Virus record (IMG/VR): IMGVR_UViG_3300032323_003295
Coordinates: 28,490 to 92,489 of that record
DNA from: a virus
Lineage: Duplodnaviria > Heunggongvirae > Uroviricota > Caudoviricetes
DNA length: 64,000 nucleotides
Strand: one strand, 5' to 3'
The translations under genes were made by a program, and so were the position numbers. The notes beneath the pieces are model-generated. The model was given only the letters and a program-made list of their open reading frames with translations, made no database searches and had not been told where the DNA came from. Of the stretch, positions 10,200 through 19,055 are shown in pieces (the first letter of the stretch is position 1; every line of letters begins with the position of its first letter).

Positions 10200-10911
10200 A
10201 AACTATTATGCTTTACTTGGAGTTATAAATACCTCTACTGAAAAAGAGATAAAGAAAGCTTATTATAAACTTTCTTTCATTCACCATCCAGATAAGAATG
10301 GAGATCCAATTGTATTTGGTGATTTAACAGAAGCATATGATATTCTTTGTGGTGAGCAAAGAGAATCATATGATATGAGAAGTAGATTTGGTAATAACTA
10401 CAATGAGTATTATGAGTTATTAGAAACTGATTTTAATTTCAATTTTGATGACACTAAGGATAAATTAGAGAAGTTCAAAAAGAATGATGTATTTAATATT
10501 TACATTAAAGTAGATGATACTTTTGATGGAAAGATTGAATATGAAAGATGGGTAATGTGTAAGACTTGTGATGGTTCTGGAAAAGACTTATCATCTAAAA
10601 TTATTATTAAAGATAATGATGGTAAGGTATTACATATCTTTGATGCAGATGATGGTTGTGATTTCTGTGAGGGTAGTGGTAAAGACTATACTGGTAATAA
10701 ATGTTCATTTTGTCAGGGTCAGGGAAAAGTAGGTTTAACTCCTTGTAAGACTTGTAAAGGAGATAAACGTATTTTGGGTAAACAAAAGTTAAAGAACATT
10801 AAGCTAACTGGTGATGAAACTAAGTTAGAAGCAATGGGTCATTACTCAAAAGATGAAGCTGGTAAAATTGGATATTTGTTACTTTTTAAGGCGTTGGAAC
10901 CCTCTGAATAA
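10186..10911 (+). CDS. J-domain protein with DnaJ-type Cys-rich zinc finger (truncated DnaJ architecture)
   Basis: N-terminal J domain YYALLGVINTSTEKEIKKAYYKLSFIHHPDKN with the HPD motif. Four CxxCxGxG repeats (CKTCDGSG, CDFCEGSG, CSFCQGQG, CKTCKGDK). The DnaJ C-terminal substrate-binding domains are absent. Confidence 0.8.
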   Translation: MNLNKNYYALLGVINTSTEKEIKKAYYKLSFIHHPDKNGDPIVFGDLTEAYDILCGEQRESYDMRSRFGNNYNEYYELLETDFNFNFDDTKDKLEKFKKNDVFNIYIKVDDTFDGKIEYERWVMCKTCDGSGKDLSSKIIIKDNDGKVLHIFDADDGCDFCEGSGKDYTGNKCSFCQGQGKVGLTPCKTCKGDKRILGKQKLKNIKLTGDETKLEAMGHYSKDEAGKIGYLLLFKALEPSE

Positions 10912-11551
10912 AAAGTGTAACTATATAAGGTTGCATATTATTGTGTGCAACTGTTGATCCACCAGTTGTGTTAATAGTTGCTGAAGATCCTGCCCCTCCT
11001 GTTATTTTACTATCTGGATAATTACCAGCAGGCGGACCATTCCAAGTATACCATGGGATTTGAGTAACTCCAGGAGGTGGTGTTCCAATTTTTAAATTAT
11101 AACCTTCTGAAAAGTGTGAGTGTGGAGGCATTTCAGTAACTAATAAAGTATGCTTTTTAGTACCTGGAAATCCAGAACTTAAACCTGGTTGAGTAAGATT
11201 AATAAAGTCTGCATCACTTGGATCATAACCTACAGAAACATTACCTCCTTTATCCACAGTTCCATTTAGACCATTGCATATGGCCCAACCATATCTTTCA
11301 CCTGGTGTACCATCTGGTTTTGTTGCCCTACCAAGACCTGGATTTGGCCCAGTCATATTAAAATTTTCAGTTATATAAGTTTGTGCAACTGCAAGTTCTT
11401 TAATATCACCTATTTGTGCACCATATACTGCATCAACTAATAGCAATTCAATTTCTTTATGCTCTGCTGCAGTAATAGATCCATTAGTTTGTAGATAACT
11501 ATTTATTTTATCTACTATCTGTTGTCTTGGTGGTGATGTGGTTAATGACAT
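10886..11551 (-). CDS. Phage tail collar domain protein (tail fibre component)
   Basis: Collar-domain signature ...GERYGWAICNGLNGT...GGNVSVGYDPSD...LVTEMPPHSHF (the terminal P-H-x-H). Gly-rich C-terminus. It is the last gene of the minus-strand fibre operon. Confidence 0.7.
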   Translation of the reverse strand: MSLTTSPPRQQIVDKINSYLQTNGSITAAEHKEIELLLVDAVYGAQIGDIKELAVAQTYITENFNMTGPNPGLGRATKPDGTPGERYGWAICNGLNGTVDKGGNVSVGYDPSDADFINLTQPGLSSGFPGTKKHTLLVTEMPPHSHFSEGYNLKIGTPPPGVTQIPWYTWNGPPAGNYPDSKITGGAGSSATINTTGGSTVAHNNMQPYIVTLFIQRVPTP

Positions 11552-11583
11552 ATTAATTTAATTTATTTTTATATATTATTTTT

Positions 11584-14500
11584 TTATTGTGAATAATCTC
11601 CTGAATAATCTCCTGAATAATCAGGTGGTAATGCAATTGTTGAAAAAGTAAAAAATTGTCCTACTGTTTTTATAACTGGTCCATTAACAATATTACCATT
11701 AACCACTGTAAATGCTTGGGTATCTGCAAATGCCAGAACATAATATGTAGTATTTGGTGTTAATCCTGTTTGATTTGACAACAATACTGGTGGTGTTGTA
11801 GATGATGTAAAAATAGGAGTAATACCTGAGAGATTTGTTAATATATTTGAATCTGAACTCAAATAAAGTCCACTAGAAACATATTGTACATTACCTTGCA
11901 CAGAAACATTACCACTTATAGTTACAGATGATGTTGTTATATTTGTTGGTGGATTAGTTGTTACTACTACTGATGAAGAAGCACTAACTACAACATTAGG
12001 TATACAAATAATAGTATTATCCATTATTGAACTATCAAGACTATCTACACCAATTGTAACATTATCAACAAATATAAAATCAGAGTTTAGATAATCAATA
12101 TTAGGTGCAACACCTTCATAAGGAATTTGTATACCTTTATAAATATTTTCTTCTTCAAAATATTTAAAGAAAGGAATCATATCAGTTTCATATAACTTAA
12201 TATTATCTAATACCAACATAGATTGACTTCCACCCATATTACCATTTCCTTGAATACTCATCATTAAATCAGTCTTATTATAAAAATATTCATATTTCTT
12301 TTTAATAGTATTTGAACCAAATCCAGTATATCTTTCTGCTGATGTTTTTTCAACAGAGTCAAATCTAAATGAATTTTGAACTGATAAGTGATTAATATTT
12401 TGTGTTATTGGTAAATAAGACATTCTTCTATAAACAGGACTAGACTCACCATCTCCAGTAGGTAGTGATCCAATTTCAAAATTAAGATTATTAAAATGTA
12501 AAATTGGTAAGTCAACACTTGGTGTTATTTCAATTCCAACATCTTCTATATATTTCTTATATTTAATAATCAATTCCCATCTATCTAGTATTGGGTAAGT
12601 TGGATTTTCATTTTGAATATAAATAGTCCAATTACCTGATGCATTATTAGTTACTAATTCCTCAATGTTTGTTGAATTAGAAACACCAAATCCTAATGTA
12701 CCTATACCAGTTTGTTTTTCCATAGAGAAAGTTCCAGTATATGGTTGATTACCTGATGAGAGTGGAGTGGTTGATAAAATATCAAATACAGTATTTATTA
12801 ATTGTGTTTCTGTACTTGATAAATTGTCATTTTTCTTTAAACAAATAATTTTATTATCTGGTGATTTCAAATTAATTATAATATTACTTAAATTAGAACC
12901 TTGACAATTTAATGAAATTTTAACAGCAATGCTAATAATGTCTTCTGCTAATAATTCTAGTCCAAAAATACATTCACTTGTTGTTATTGTTTGTGTAACA
13001 ATGTTATTTGGTACTTGTTGATATGATAAGAAGGCTCCACCTACTATTAAATTAGAACCACTTAAAGTCATAGTTCTTACCAAAGAAGTTGATGGGTTAA
13101 GAGTACCATCAGTATAAGTACTTGCTAATGTACCACCATTATTTCTAATTGAAATAACTTTTCCACAAGGGTTATTATTATAACTGGTGAATTCACCACC
13201 TATATATGAGAAACTATAATTAGAACTAAATTCTATATCATATGCAAATGAATTTAGTCCTGTACCAGTATTAAATCCTGTATCAACTGAACCATTAGAA
13301 CTCAACCTTACTATATTTTTACAAGTTCTAAGTGATGAATCTCTATAAGATGTAAAGTTACCAACTACATAAATTCTACTTTGATCATCTACTGCAATTT
13401 TATTAATAAAATTATTTGATGAATTAGGTAGAAATGACTGAAATGTTGGTGTAATAAATCCCTTATTATTAGTTGAAGTAGTATTACTTATAGTAAATGA
13501 AGTATCAACACTAAGTTTATTGGATACTATTTTTAATTTTACTATTCCATTTGTATAATAAATAGCACCACTTGTAATCTTAAATCTGGTTATTTTACCA
13601 CCAACTATAATATTTTCATTATTATCAACTGCTACAGTAGATGGAATATCACTAGTTAACTGAAATGCAAAGTCTGTTGGTGCATCATTATAAATACTTT
13701 TTTCTGAAAAATTACCATTAAAATCAAATAAAATAATTTTGTTTACATATTTTATACCTGTTGTAGAAAAAAACCGAGTAAAATTACCAATTACTACTGA
13801 AAACCACTCTATAGTATTTAAAGTTGATCCAATTTTTCTAAATGCAATATCTGTAATAAATCCATTGAATTGGTATTCTATTGGATCATTATCTGCATCT
13901 TTGTTAAACTTTATTACTCTACCTAATACATTACCTGTACTAGTAGTTACTGGATTAATATAATTTATAATAATAAATATATTATTATCTAATGTAGTAC
14001 CAATGGCAGTTTTTACAACTACTGCTTTGATAAATTCAATATTACTATCAAAAGGTATTGTAGTAGGAAAACCATTATCAAGAGTAAAATTTGTATTTAT
14101 TCTACAAACCATATCTACTGGTAATCCATTATATTCAGTAAAATTACCTGCTACTATAATCTTACCATCTGATTGTCTATCAACAGACCAAACTTCACCA
14201 TTAAATCCATCAAGAAAGTTATTTTCTGGAATCATTGAACTTAGTGAACCAACATCAAATGTAAAGATATTACTTGCAGTAAGTGTACCACTATCAGCTG
14301 AAATATTTGATTGTGTTGCAGGATTTAAAAAAGGACCACTAAGTTCAGTTTCTGAATCATATAACCTTTGATTAGTTTGTGTAAATTTAGAATTGGCAAT
14401 ACTATAAGTAACAACATCAAACTCTACTACACTATATCTTGTTTTTGCTACATTAATTTTATCATTATTTAATATTGCACCTGAGTTGGTTGCAGTTAAA

Positions 14501-16935
14501 TATAATTCATTTCCAGTAACACCTGAATCTATATAATCTTGTATTGTAGTAGAAATAATTGAAGCACTATCTGCTGATATAACTGCCTCAGATCTATTAA
14601 ATGCTAAGTCTGATGACTTTTTAGTTGAAAAAGTCCAACCAGCATTATAAAAATTAGATATATTATCTAGTTTTGGATTAAATGGTTCATTAAAAGCAGA
14701 ACCATCACCAATAAAATCAGTAAATAATTTATATTTAGTTCCTAACTTATATAATCCATAATTTAAGTCAAAAGAATTTCTAAAACGTGATGCACTTGAA
14801 AGTACATCATATGTAGGATAACCATATAAATTATTTCTATTTACAGATTTACCAGTCAGTGGTTCATATGACCTAAAATCTCTACCTAATGTAACTGATC
14901 TTGTAACATCATAATTAGTATCAATCCAAGAATTAAAACTAAATATACTTGATGAAATTGGACTTTCATTAGATTTTAATAATGATCTATTAGTATCATA
15001 AAACTTAAAGTTTTGTATAACACTTGATGCAGCATATCTTGTAACTTTACCAGTTTCTGGAAATAATAATATCTGATTTTGTTTTTTATCAACAACAACA
15101 TTATTTCCATTAACTGCCAAAACTTTTACAATACCATTATATTCTGGATTATATAATATAGGAACTGGTGGTGCTCCATTAATTGACACTGCATTTGTAT
15201 CTTTATCAATTATTATATAATCACCAGGAAGTAAATTGTGTCCAGAAGTTCTTGGTGGTGTTGCAGTACCAAATACTAAAGTAATATTACTAATTTGACA
15301 ATTTTCAGTAGCTTGTATATTAGTAAAATAATAATCAGGATAAGTAGAATTAAAATGTCCTCCATTAAAAAATCCATCAATCCAATGAGTATCAAACATT
15401 TCTGTAATTTTAGGATAACCTTTAAATAAACCATTATTCCAAACTCCTGAGAAATAACCATTAAAGAATGCTCCTGATAACCAAACATTTCTAGTTATCT
15501 TAATTTTGTGATTAGATGAATCTTTTTCAATTCTTCTGTATGGAAATGTAGTATTTAAACTAACTTCAATCCAAGTTTTATTTATGTCTATATCACTTAT
15601 AGTGTAATAATCTCTTAATAATTTTCTATTTTCATTTATATCAATTGCTACAATATTACCAATTGATACTTTATCACCAACCTTGAATAAGCCACAAGAA
15701 TGTGTTGAACCACTAATTTTTATTCTCCAAGATACATCATAAGAATAAAGAACTGCAGAGTAAACATCATCAAAATCTCCTACTACAGTGTCATCTCTCC
15801 AACCATTATTCCAAACTCCATTTTCCCAAATACCTGCTTTAAAATAACCATTTCCTATTTTTGACGCCAAACTAAATGTTACACCATTTGAAACAGATTG
15901 AAAATTATATACAGAATCTAATATATCAACATCAATATTGGTAGGTGTAGAAGATGCAGCAGGTAATACTTGTAGATTGTTTAATGGATTATATCCACCA
16001 ACTAAACTTACAATTGATATACTTGCAACATATGTTGTAGTTCTTGGTAAAGATGACATACTTGGTCTAAAAACCAAATATCTTTTAGTTCCATTAATAT
16101 TTGTAGCTGCCAAATTTATTTGACTAAAAGTAGCAATTGTATTAATTGAACTAGTTAAACCAGATAAACCACTTACTTCAAAATTAATTGGATTACCCCA
16201 AGAGGCTCTACCCAATTTTAAGTCATTTTTATTTACTAAAAATGCTTCAATTATATCATTTGAATTACCACCAGTAAAATTAAAAGTAAAATCTAAATTG
16301 AAATAATCATAATCAATTAAAGTTGCTATATAGTTATTGTTAAGTGAAACTTCTTCTAATCCTGATCCAAAAGTTGAATAAAGTGGACCTATGACACTTG
16401 ATGTTGATGAAAAATACCAGTTATAAGAACCATTGTTAGAAATAGAGTTAACTTCATAACACCATCCATTTGGTTGACTTTCATCATTTACTGGAACATT
16501 TAAGTATCTAAACTCTCTATATCCATTTATTAAAAAGTCTATCTCTCTAATTGATGATGCCTTTATATAACTTGATGTAAATGCATCTAATGCACCATAT
16601 CTAATAATATTAACAGAACTTTCAGATGAAAGTGTATTTGCATAAGTATAAAATTGTACTTCACTATTTTCCAAAATTGATAATACTTTTACAGAACCTG
16701 CATTAAAAGGATTACTTAATTGTATATCTACTATAGATGCTGATCCACCTTTAATAGTAGTTAAAAATTGATAATTCTTCTTTTGATTATATAAACTAGG
16801 ATTTGTAAATTCACTATTTATATAGAATAGAGTATCACCTAGATTAAGTTGTTTTCTAGTTATACCATTATTTAATATATATTCCCAACTTTGTTGTGAG
16901 TTTCTATCATAAAATGTTGATGGTGAGTTTTGCAT
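11584..16935 (-). CDS. Giant multidomain fibre/adhesin protein (1,783 aa): delta-60-type beta-propeller repeats, P-domain-like module, NGxF repeats, C-terminal (SGDY)n
   Basis: Repeats GKIIVAGNFTEYNGLPVDMVCRINTNFTLDNGF, YVVGNFTSY...IVRLSSNGSVDTGF and YIGGEFTSYNNNPCGKVISIRNNGG fit the delta-60 / DUF5122 pattern GxFTxYNG...RLNxDGSxDxxF. LSNIIINLKSPDNKIICL is proprotein-convertase P-domain-like. WENGVWNNGWRDD and FFNGYFSGVWNNGLFKG are paralogous to repeats in 19056..24338. The C-terminus is DYSGDYSGDYSQ, encoded by a 12-nt tandem repeat at 11592-11627. Confidence 0.8.
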   Translation of the reverse strand: MQNSPSTFYDRNSQQSWEYILNNGITRKQLNLGDTLFYINSEFTNPSLYNQKKNYQFLTTIKGGSASIVDIQLSNPFNAGSVKVLSILENSEVQFYTYANTLSSESSVNIIRYGALDAFTSSYIKASSIREIDFLINGYREFRYLNVPVNDESQPNGWCYEVNSISNNGSYNWYFSSTSSVIGPLYSTFGSGLEEVSLNNNYIATLIDYDYFNLDFTFNFTGGNSNDIIEAFLVNKNDLKLGRASWGNPINFEVSGLSGLTSSINTIATFSQINLAATNINGTKRYLVFRPSMSSLPRTTTYVASISIVSLVGGYNPLNNLQVLPAASSTPTNIDVDILDSVYNFQSVSNGVTFSLASKIGNGYFKAGIWENGVWNNGWRDDTVVGDFDDVYSAVLYSYDVSWRIKISGSTHSCGLFKVGDKVSIGNIVAIDINENRKLLRDYYTISDIDINKTWIEVSLNTTFPYRRIEKDSSNHKIKITRNVWLSGAFFNGYFSGVWNNGLFKGYPKITEMFDTHWIDGFFNGGHFNSTYPDYYFTNIQATENCQISNITLVFGTATPPRTSGHNLLPGDYIIIDKDTNAVSINGAPPVPILYNPEYNGIVKVLAVNGNNVVVDKKQNQILLFPETGKVTRYAASSVIQNFKFYDTNRSLLKSNESPISSSIFSFNSWIDTNYDVTRSVTLGRDFRSYEPLTGKSVNRNNLYGYPTYDVLSSASRFRNSFDLNYGLYKLGTKYKLFTDFIGDGSAFNEPFNPKLDNISNFYNAGWTFSTKKSSDLAFNRSEAVISADSASIISTTIQDYIDSGVTGNELYLTATNSGAILNNDKINVAKTRYSVVEFDVVTYSIANSKFTQTNQRLYDSETELSGPFLNPATQSNISADSGTLTASNIFTFDVGSLSSMIPENNFLDGFNGEVWSVDRQSDGKIIVAGNFTEYNGLPVDMVCRINTNFTLDNGFPTTIPFDSNIEFIKAVVVKTAIGTTLDNNIFIIINYINPVTTSTGNVLGRVIKFNKDADNDPIEYQFNGFITDIAFRKIGSTLNTIEWFSVVIGNFTRFFSTTGIKYVNKIILFDFNGNFSEKSIYNDAPTDFAFQLTSDIPSTVAVDNNENIIVGGKITRFKITSGAIYYTNGIVKLKIVSNKLSVDTSFTISNTTSTNNKGFITPTFQSFLPNSSNNFINKIAVDDQSRIYVVGNFTSYRDSSLRTCKNIVRLSSNGSVDTGFNTGTGLNSFAYDIEFSSNYSFSYIGGEFTSYNNNPCGKVISIRNNGGTLASTYTDGTLNPSTSLVRTMTLSGSNLIVGGAFLSYQQVPNNIVTQTITTSECIFGLELLAEDIISIAVKISLNCQGSNLSNIIINLKSPDNKIICLKKNDNLSSTETQLINTVFDILSTTPLSSGNQPYTGTFSMEKQTGIGTLGFGVSNSTNIEELVTNNASGNWTIYIQNENPTYPILDRWELIIKYKKYIEDVGIEITPSVDLPILHFNNLNFEIGSLPTGDGESSPVYRRMSYLPITQNINHLSVQNSFRFDSVEKTSAERYTGFGSNTIKKKYEYFYNKTDLMMSIQGNGNMGGSQSMLVLDNIKLYETDMIPFFKYFEEENIYKGIQIPYEGVAPNIDYLNSDFIFVDNVTIGVDSLDSSIMDNTIICIPNVVVSASSSVVVTTNPPTNITTSSVTISGNVSVQGNVQYVSSGLYLSSDSNILTNLSGITPIFTSSTTPPVLLSNQTGLTPNTTYYVLAFADTQAFTVVNGNIVNGPVIKTVGQFFTFSTIALPPDYSGDYSGDYSQ

Positions 16936-17017
16936 AAACTATATATTAATTTAAGTTTATCACTTTGATTATTTTTTATACTTCAAAAACAAAATAATTA
17001 CCAATTATCCATTAATT

Positions 17018-18382
17018 TTAGTCTAAAAAACCATCATTCTCATTAATTTCTGCTATACAATAATCTACAGAATATCCATCCTCAGTTTTGTTATGTACTA
17101 AAATATTATTTGCATAGTATGTGTGGTTACCCATTATTCCCAAATTATATGTAATAACTTTTTTGGTTATTAGTTCAGTTATTTTATCAACTATAGCTTC
17201 TTCATTATCTATAGTAAGTAAAACATCACTCTCTTCTATTTTTTCTACATCAAAATTATATAATTTTTTAGTTATTTCAGGATTAAATGATGACCAACCT
17301 TTGTTAACAACCCAATATGGATGACAAGTAGTAGATTTTATTGATATACCACTTGATAATTCATATTCAACAATATCACTTCTCATTGGACTGACAACTT
17401 TAACTACTTCACCAGGTTCTTGTAATTTAGTTTCTTCATTATAAGTTATTATAATATCACCAATTTTAACATCTTCAATATTTTTAGTTGTATAATCAAA
17501 CATTGTTATTTTAGTTCCTTTTACAAAACAACAAGTATCAATATTAATTGGATCATCTAACTGACATACTGCGGTATAATCTTGAATAGATGATACACTA
17601 CCATTATTTTGTATTTGAATAATATAGTAAAAATCATTATCACTAATTAAATAATATCTATTACTACCAATAAATAAATCTGATAAAGTACCATTCTCAT
17701 TTAAAGAAGTGTATATTATAGTACCAATTACTAATTCATTATTAAAATATATTGTATTAAGTAAGTCTGCTACACATATTGGACCATTTGTTATATTTGA
17801 ATCATAACCTTGACTTGATATATTAAATGTTTTAACATTAAAAGAAGAACATTGTACATGTGACTCAATCTTACCAGATGTGTCTATTTTACATCTATAA
17901 CTTATGTTATTCAATAATATTCTCCAAAATCTACCTTGTCCATTGAATGTAGTATTATCAAAATTTTTAACAAAAGTTAAATTATTTATTATTGTAGTAG
18001 TTGCTACACCATTATTATCTTTAAGTAATATAGAATTTATAACAGGAAATCCACATACTAAATCGTCATTAATTTGTGAATCTCTGGTTGAAATTAATAT
18101 AGTTGCAGTATCAACAGATACTGCAATTGTTTTATATGCACTAAATTGACCTACACTATCTATTATTCTTATTCTAAATGTATGATCACGTACCTGAGTT
18201 ATAGTATGACTATAACTACCACCTCCACTTGTTGGTGTATTTCCTGGAGAATTAGGATTATGATTAACTAAAATAGGTTGAGACCAAGGTGATGTAGTAG
18301 ATGTTCTCCATTGGATTTGATAACCTGATATACCAATATCATCAGTTGCTCCATTCCAAGTTAAGTTTATTATATTTGACAT
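17018..18382 (-). CDS. FN3-domain + Hint (intein-like autoprocessing) domain protein
   Basis: N-terminus LTWNGATDDIGISGYQIQWRTSTTSPW is FN3-like. Residues 285-431 run from CFVKGTKIT (Cys1 block A) through TTCHPYW (TxxH block B) to NILVHN (terminal HN). The +1 residue is Lys, so this is a Hint/BIL domain rather than a canonical intein. Confidence 0.7.
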   Translation of the reverse strand: MSNIINLTWNGATDDIGISGYQIQWRTSTTSPWSQPILVNHNPNSPGNTPTSGGGSYSHTITQVRDHTFRIRIIDSVGQFSAYKTIAVSVDTATILISTRDSQINDDLVCGFPVINSILLKDNNGVATTTIINNLTFVKNFDNTTFNGQGRFWRILLNNISYRCKIDTSGKIESHVQCSSFNVKTFNISSQGYDSNITNGPICVADLLNTIYFNNELVIGTIIYTSLNENGTLSDLFIGSNRYYLISDNDFYYIIQIQNNGSVSSIQDYTAVCQLDDPINIDTCCFVKGTKITMFDYTTKNIEDVKIGDIIITYNEETKLQEPGEVVKVVSPMRSDIVEYELSSGISIKSTTCHPYWVVNKGWSSFNPEITKKLYNFDVEKIEESDVLLTIDNEEAIVDKITELITKKVITYNLGIMGNHTYYANNILVHNKTEDGYSVDYCIAEINENDGFLD

Positions 18383-18476
18383 ATTTTATTATATTTTTTT
18401 AGGTTTATTATATTTGACATATTTTATTATATTTATTTTTATTCTAACAGGTTATTTAAAACTATAAAGTTTAAAT

Positions 18477-19025
18477 TTACACTGGTATAAAACTATATTC
18501 AGCTGTACTCACATCAAGAGTAACTTTATAATTTCCTGCCACTACTGGAATTTGAAGGCTCACATCATCCACTGCAGTTCCTGTTGGAAAAGATGTTTCT
18601 CCATAAATTCCACCATCTACATCAAATTGAGCATTACCATTAACAAAAGCTCCTGTTATTGTATATGTATATAAATCATTTCTTACCATAGTATAACCAC
18701 CTTGAACAGGAATAGCACTTCCAATAATTTTTATATTATAATCAGGATCTGCTACAATAGCATCTCCTGGTTCAGATAGAATATCAATATCAAGAAAATT
18801 GCTACAAGGTGCCAATTCACTAACTCTTATTTTAATTATACCATCAAAGGAAGTAGTAAAGGTAAAACCACTTAATAATTGCCACCTTTCCACACTTGCC
18901 ACTAATGGGGTTTCGTTTTGAGTTCCATCAATACTCATATGAGTTTCACCTTGTAAATACCCAGGCCAAGTTATCTTAAATGGTCCAGAGCCAACAAGAT
19001 TATCTATTTTTACTATTACTTCCAT
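18477..19025 (-). CDS. Hypothetical structural protein
   Basis: 182-aa ORF inside the co-oriented fibre operon. Confidence 0.5.
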   Translation of the reverse strand: MEVIVKIDNLVGSGPFKITWPGYLQGETHMSIDGTQNETPLVASVERWQLLSGFTFTTSFDGIIKIRVSELAPCSNFLDIDILSEPGDAIVADPDYNIKIIGSAIPVQGGYTMVRNDLYTYTITGAFVNGNAQFDVDGGIYGETSFPTGTAVDDVSLQIPVVAGNYKVTLDVSTAEYSFIPV

Positions 19026-19055
19026 ATTTTTATTTTTATTTTTATTGGAGATGAT

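Noticed and set aside
13739-16123. Plus-strand ORFs 13739..13963, 14003..14371, 15938..16123 and minus ORF 15276..15488 inside the 1,783-aa fibre gene
   Set aside because: Embedded in or overlapping a long, well-supported ORF, with hydrophobic low-complexity translations. Judged to be shadow ORFs.
17090-17530. True (splicing) intein in 17018..18382
   Set aside because: The +1 residue after the terminal HN is Lys, not Cys/Ser/Thr. There is no homing-endonuclease insert and no interrupted extein with recognisable function. This fits a Hint/BIL autoprocessing domain instead.
17121-18149. ORFs 17121..17324 and 17904..18149 antisense to the FN3-Hint gene; 20432..20764 inside the 1,760-aa gene
   Set aside because: Shadow ORFs within long structural genes.
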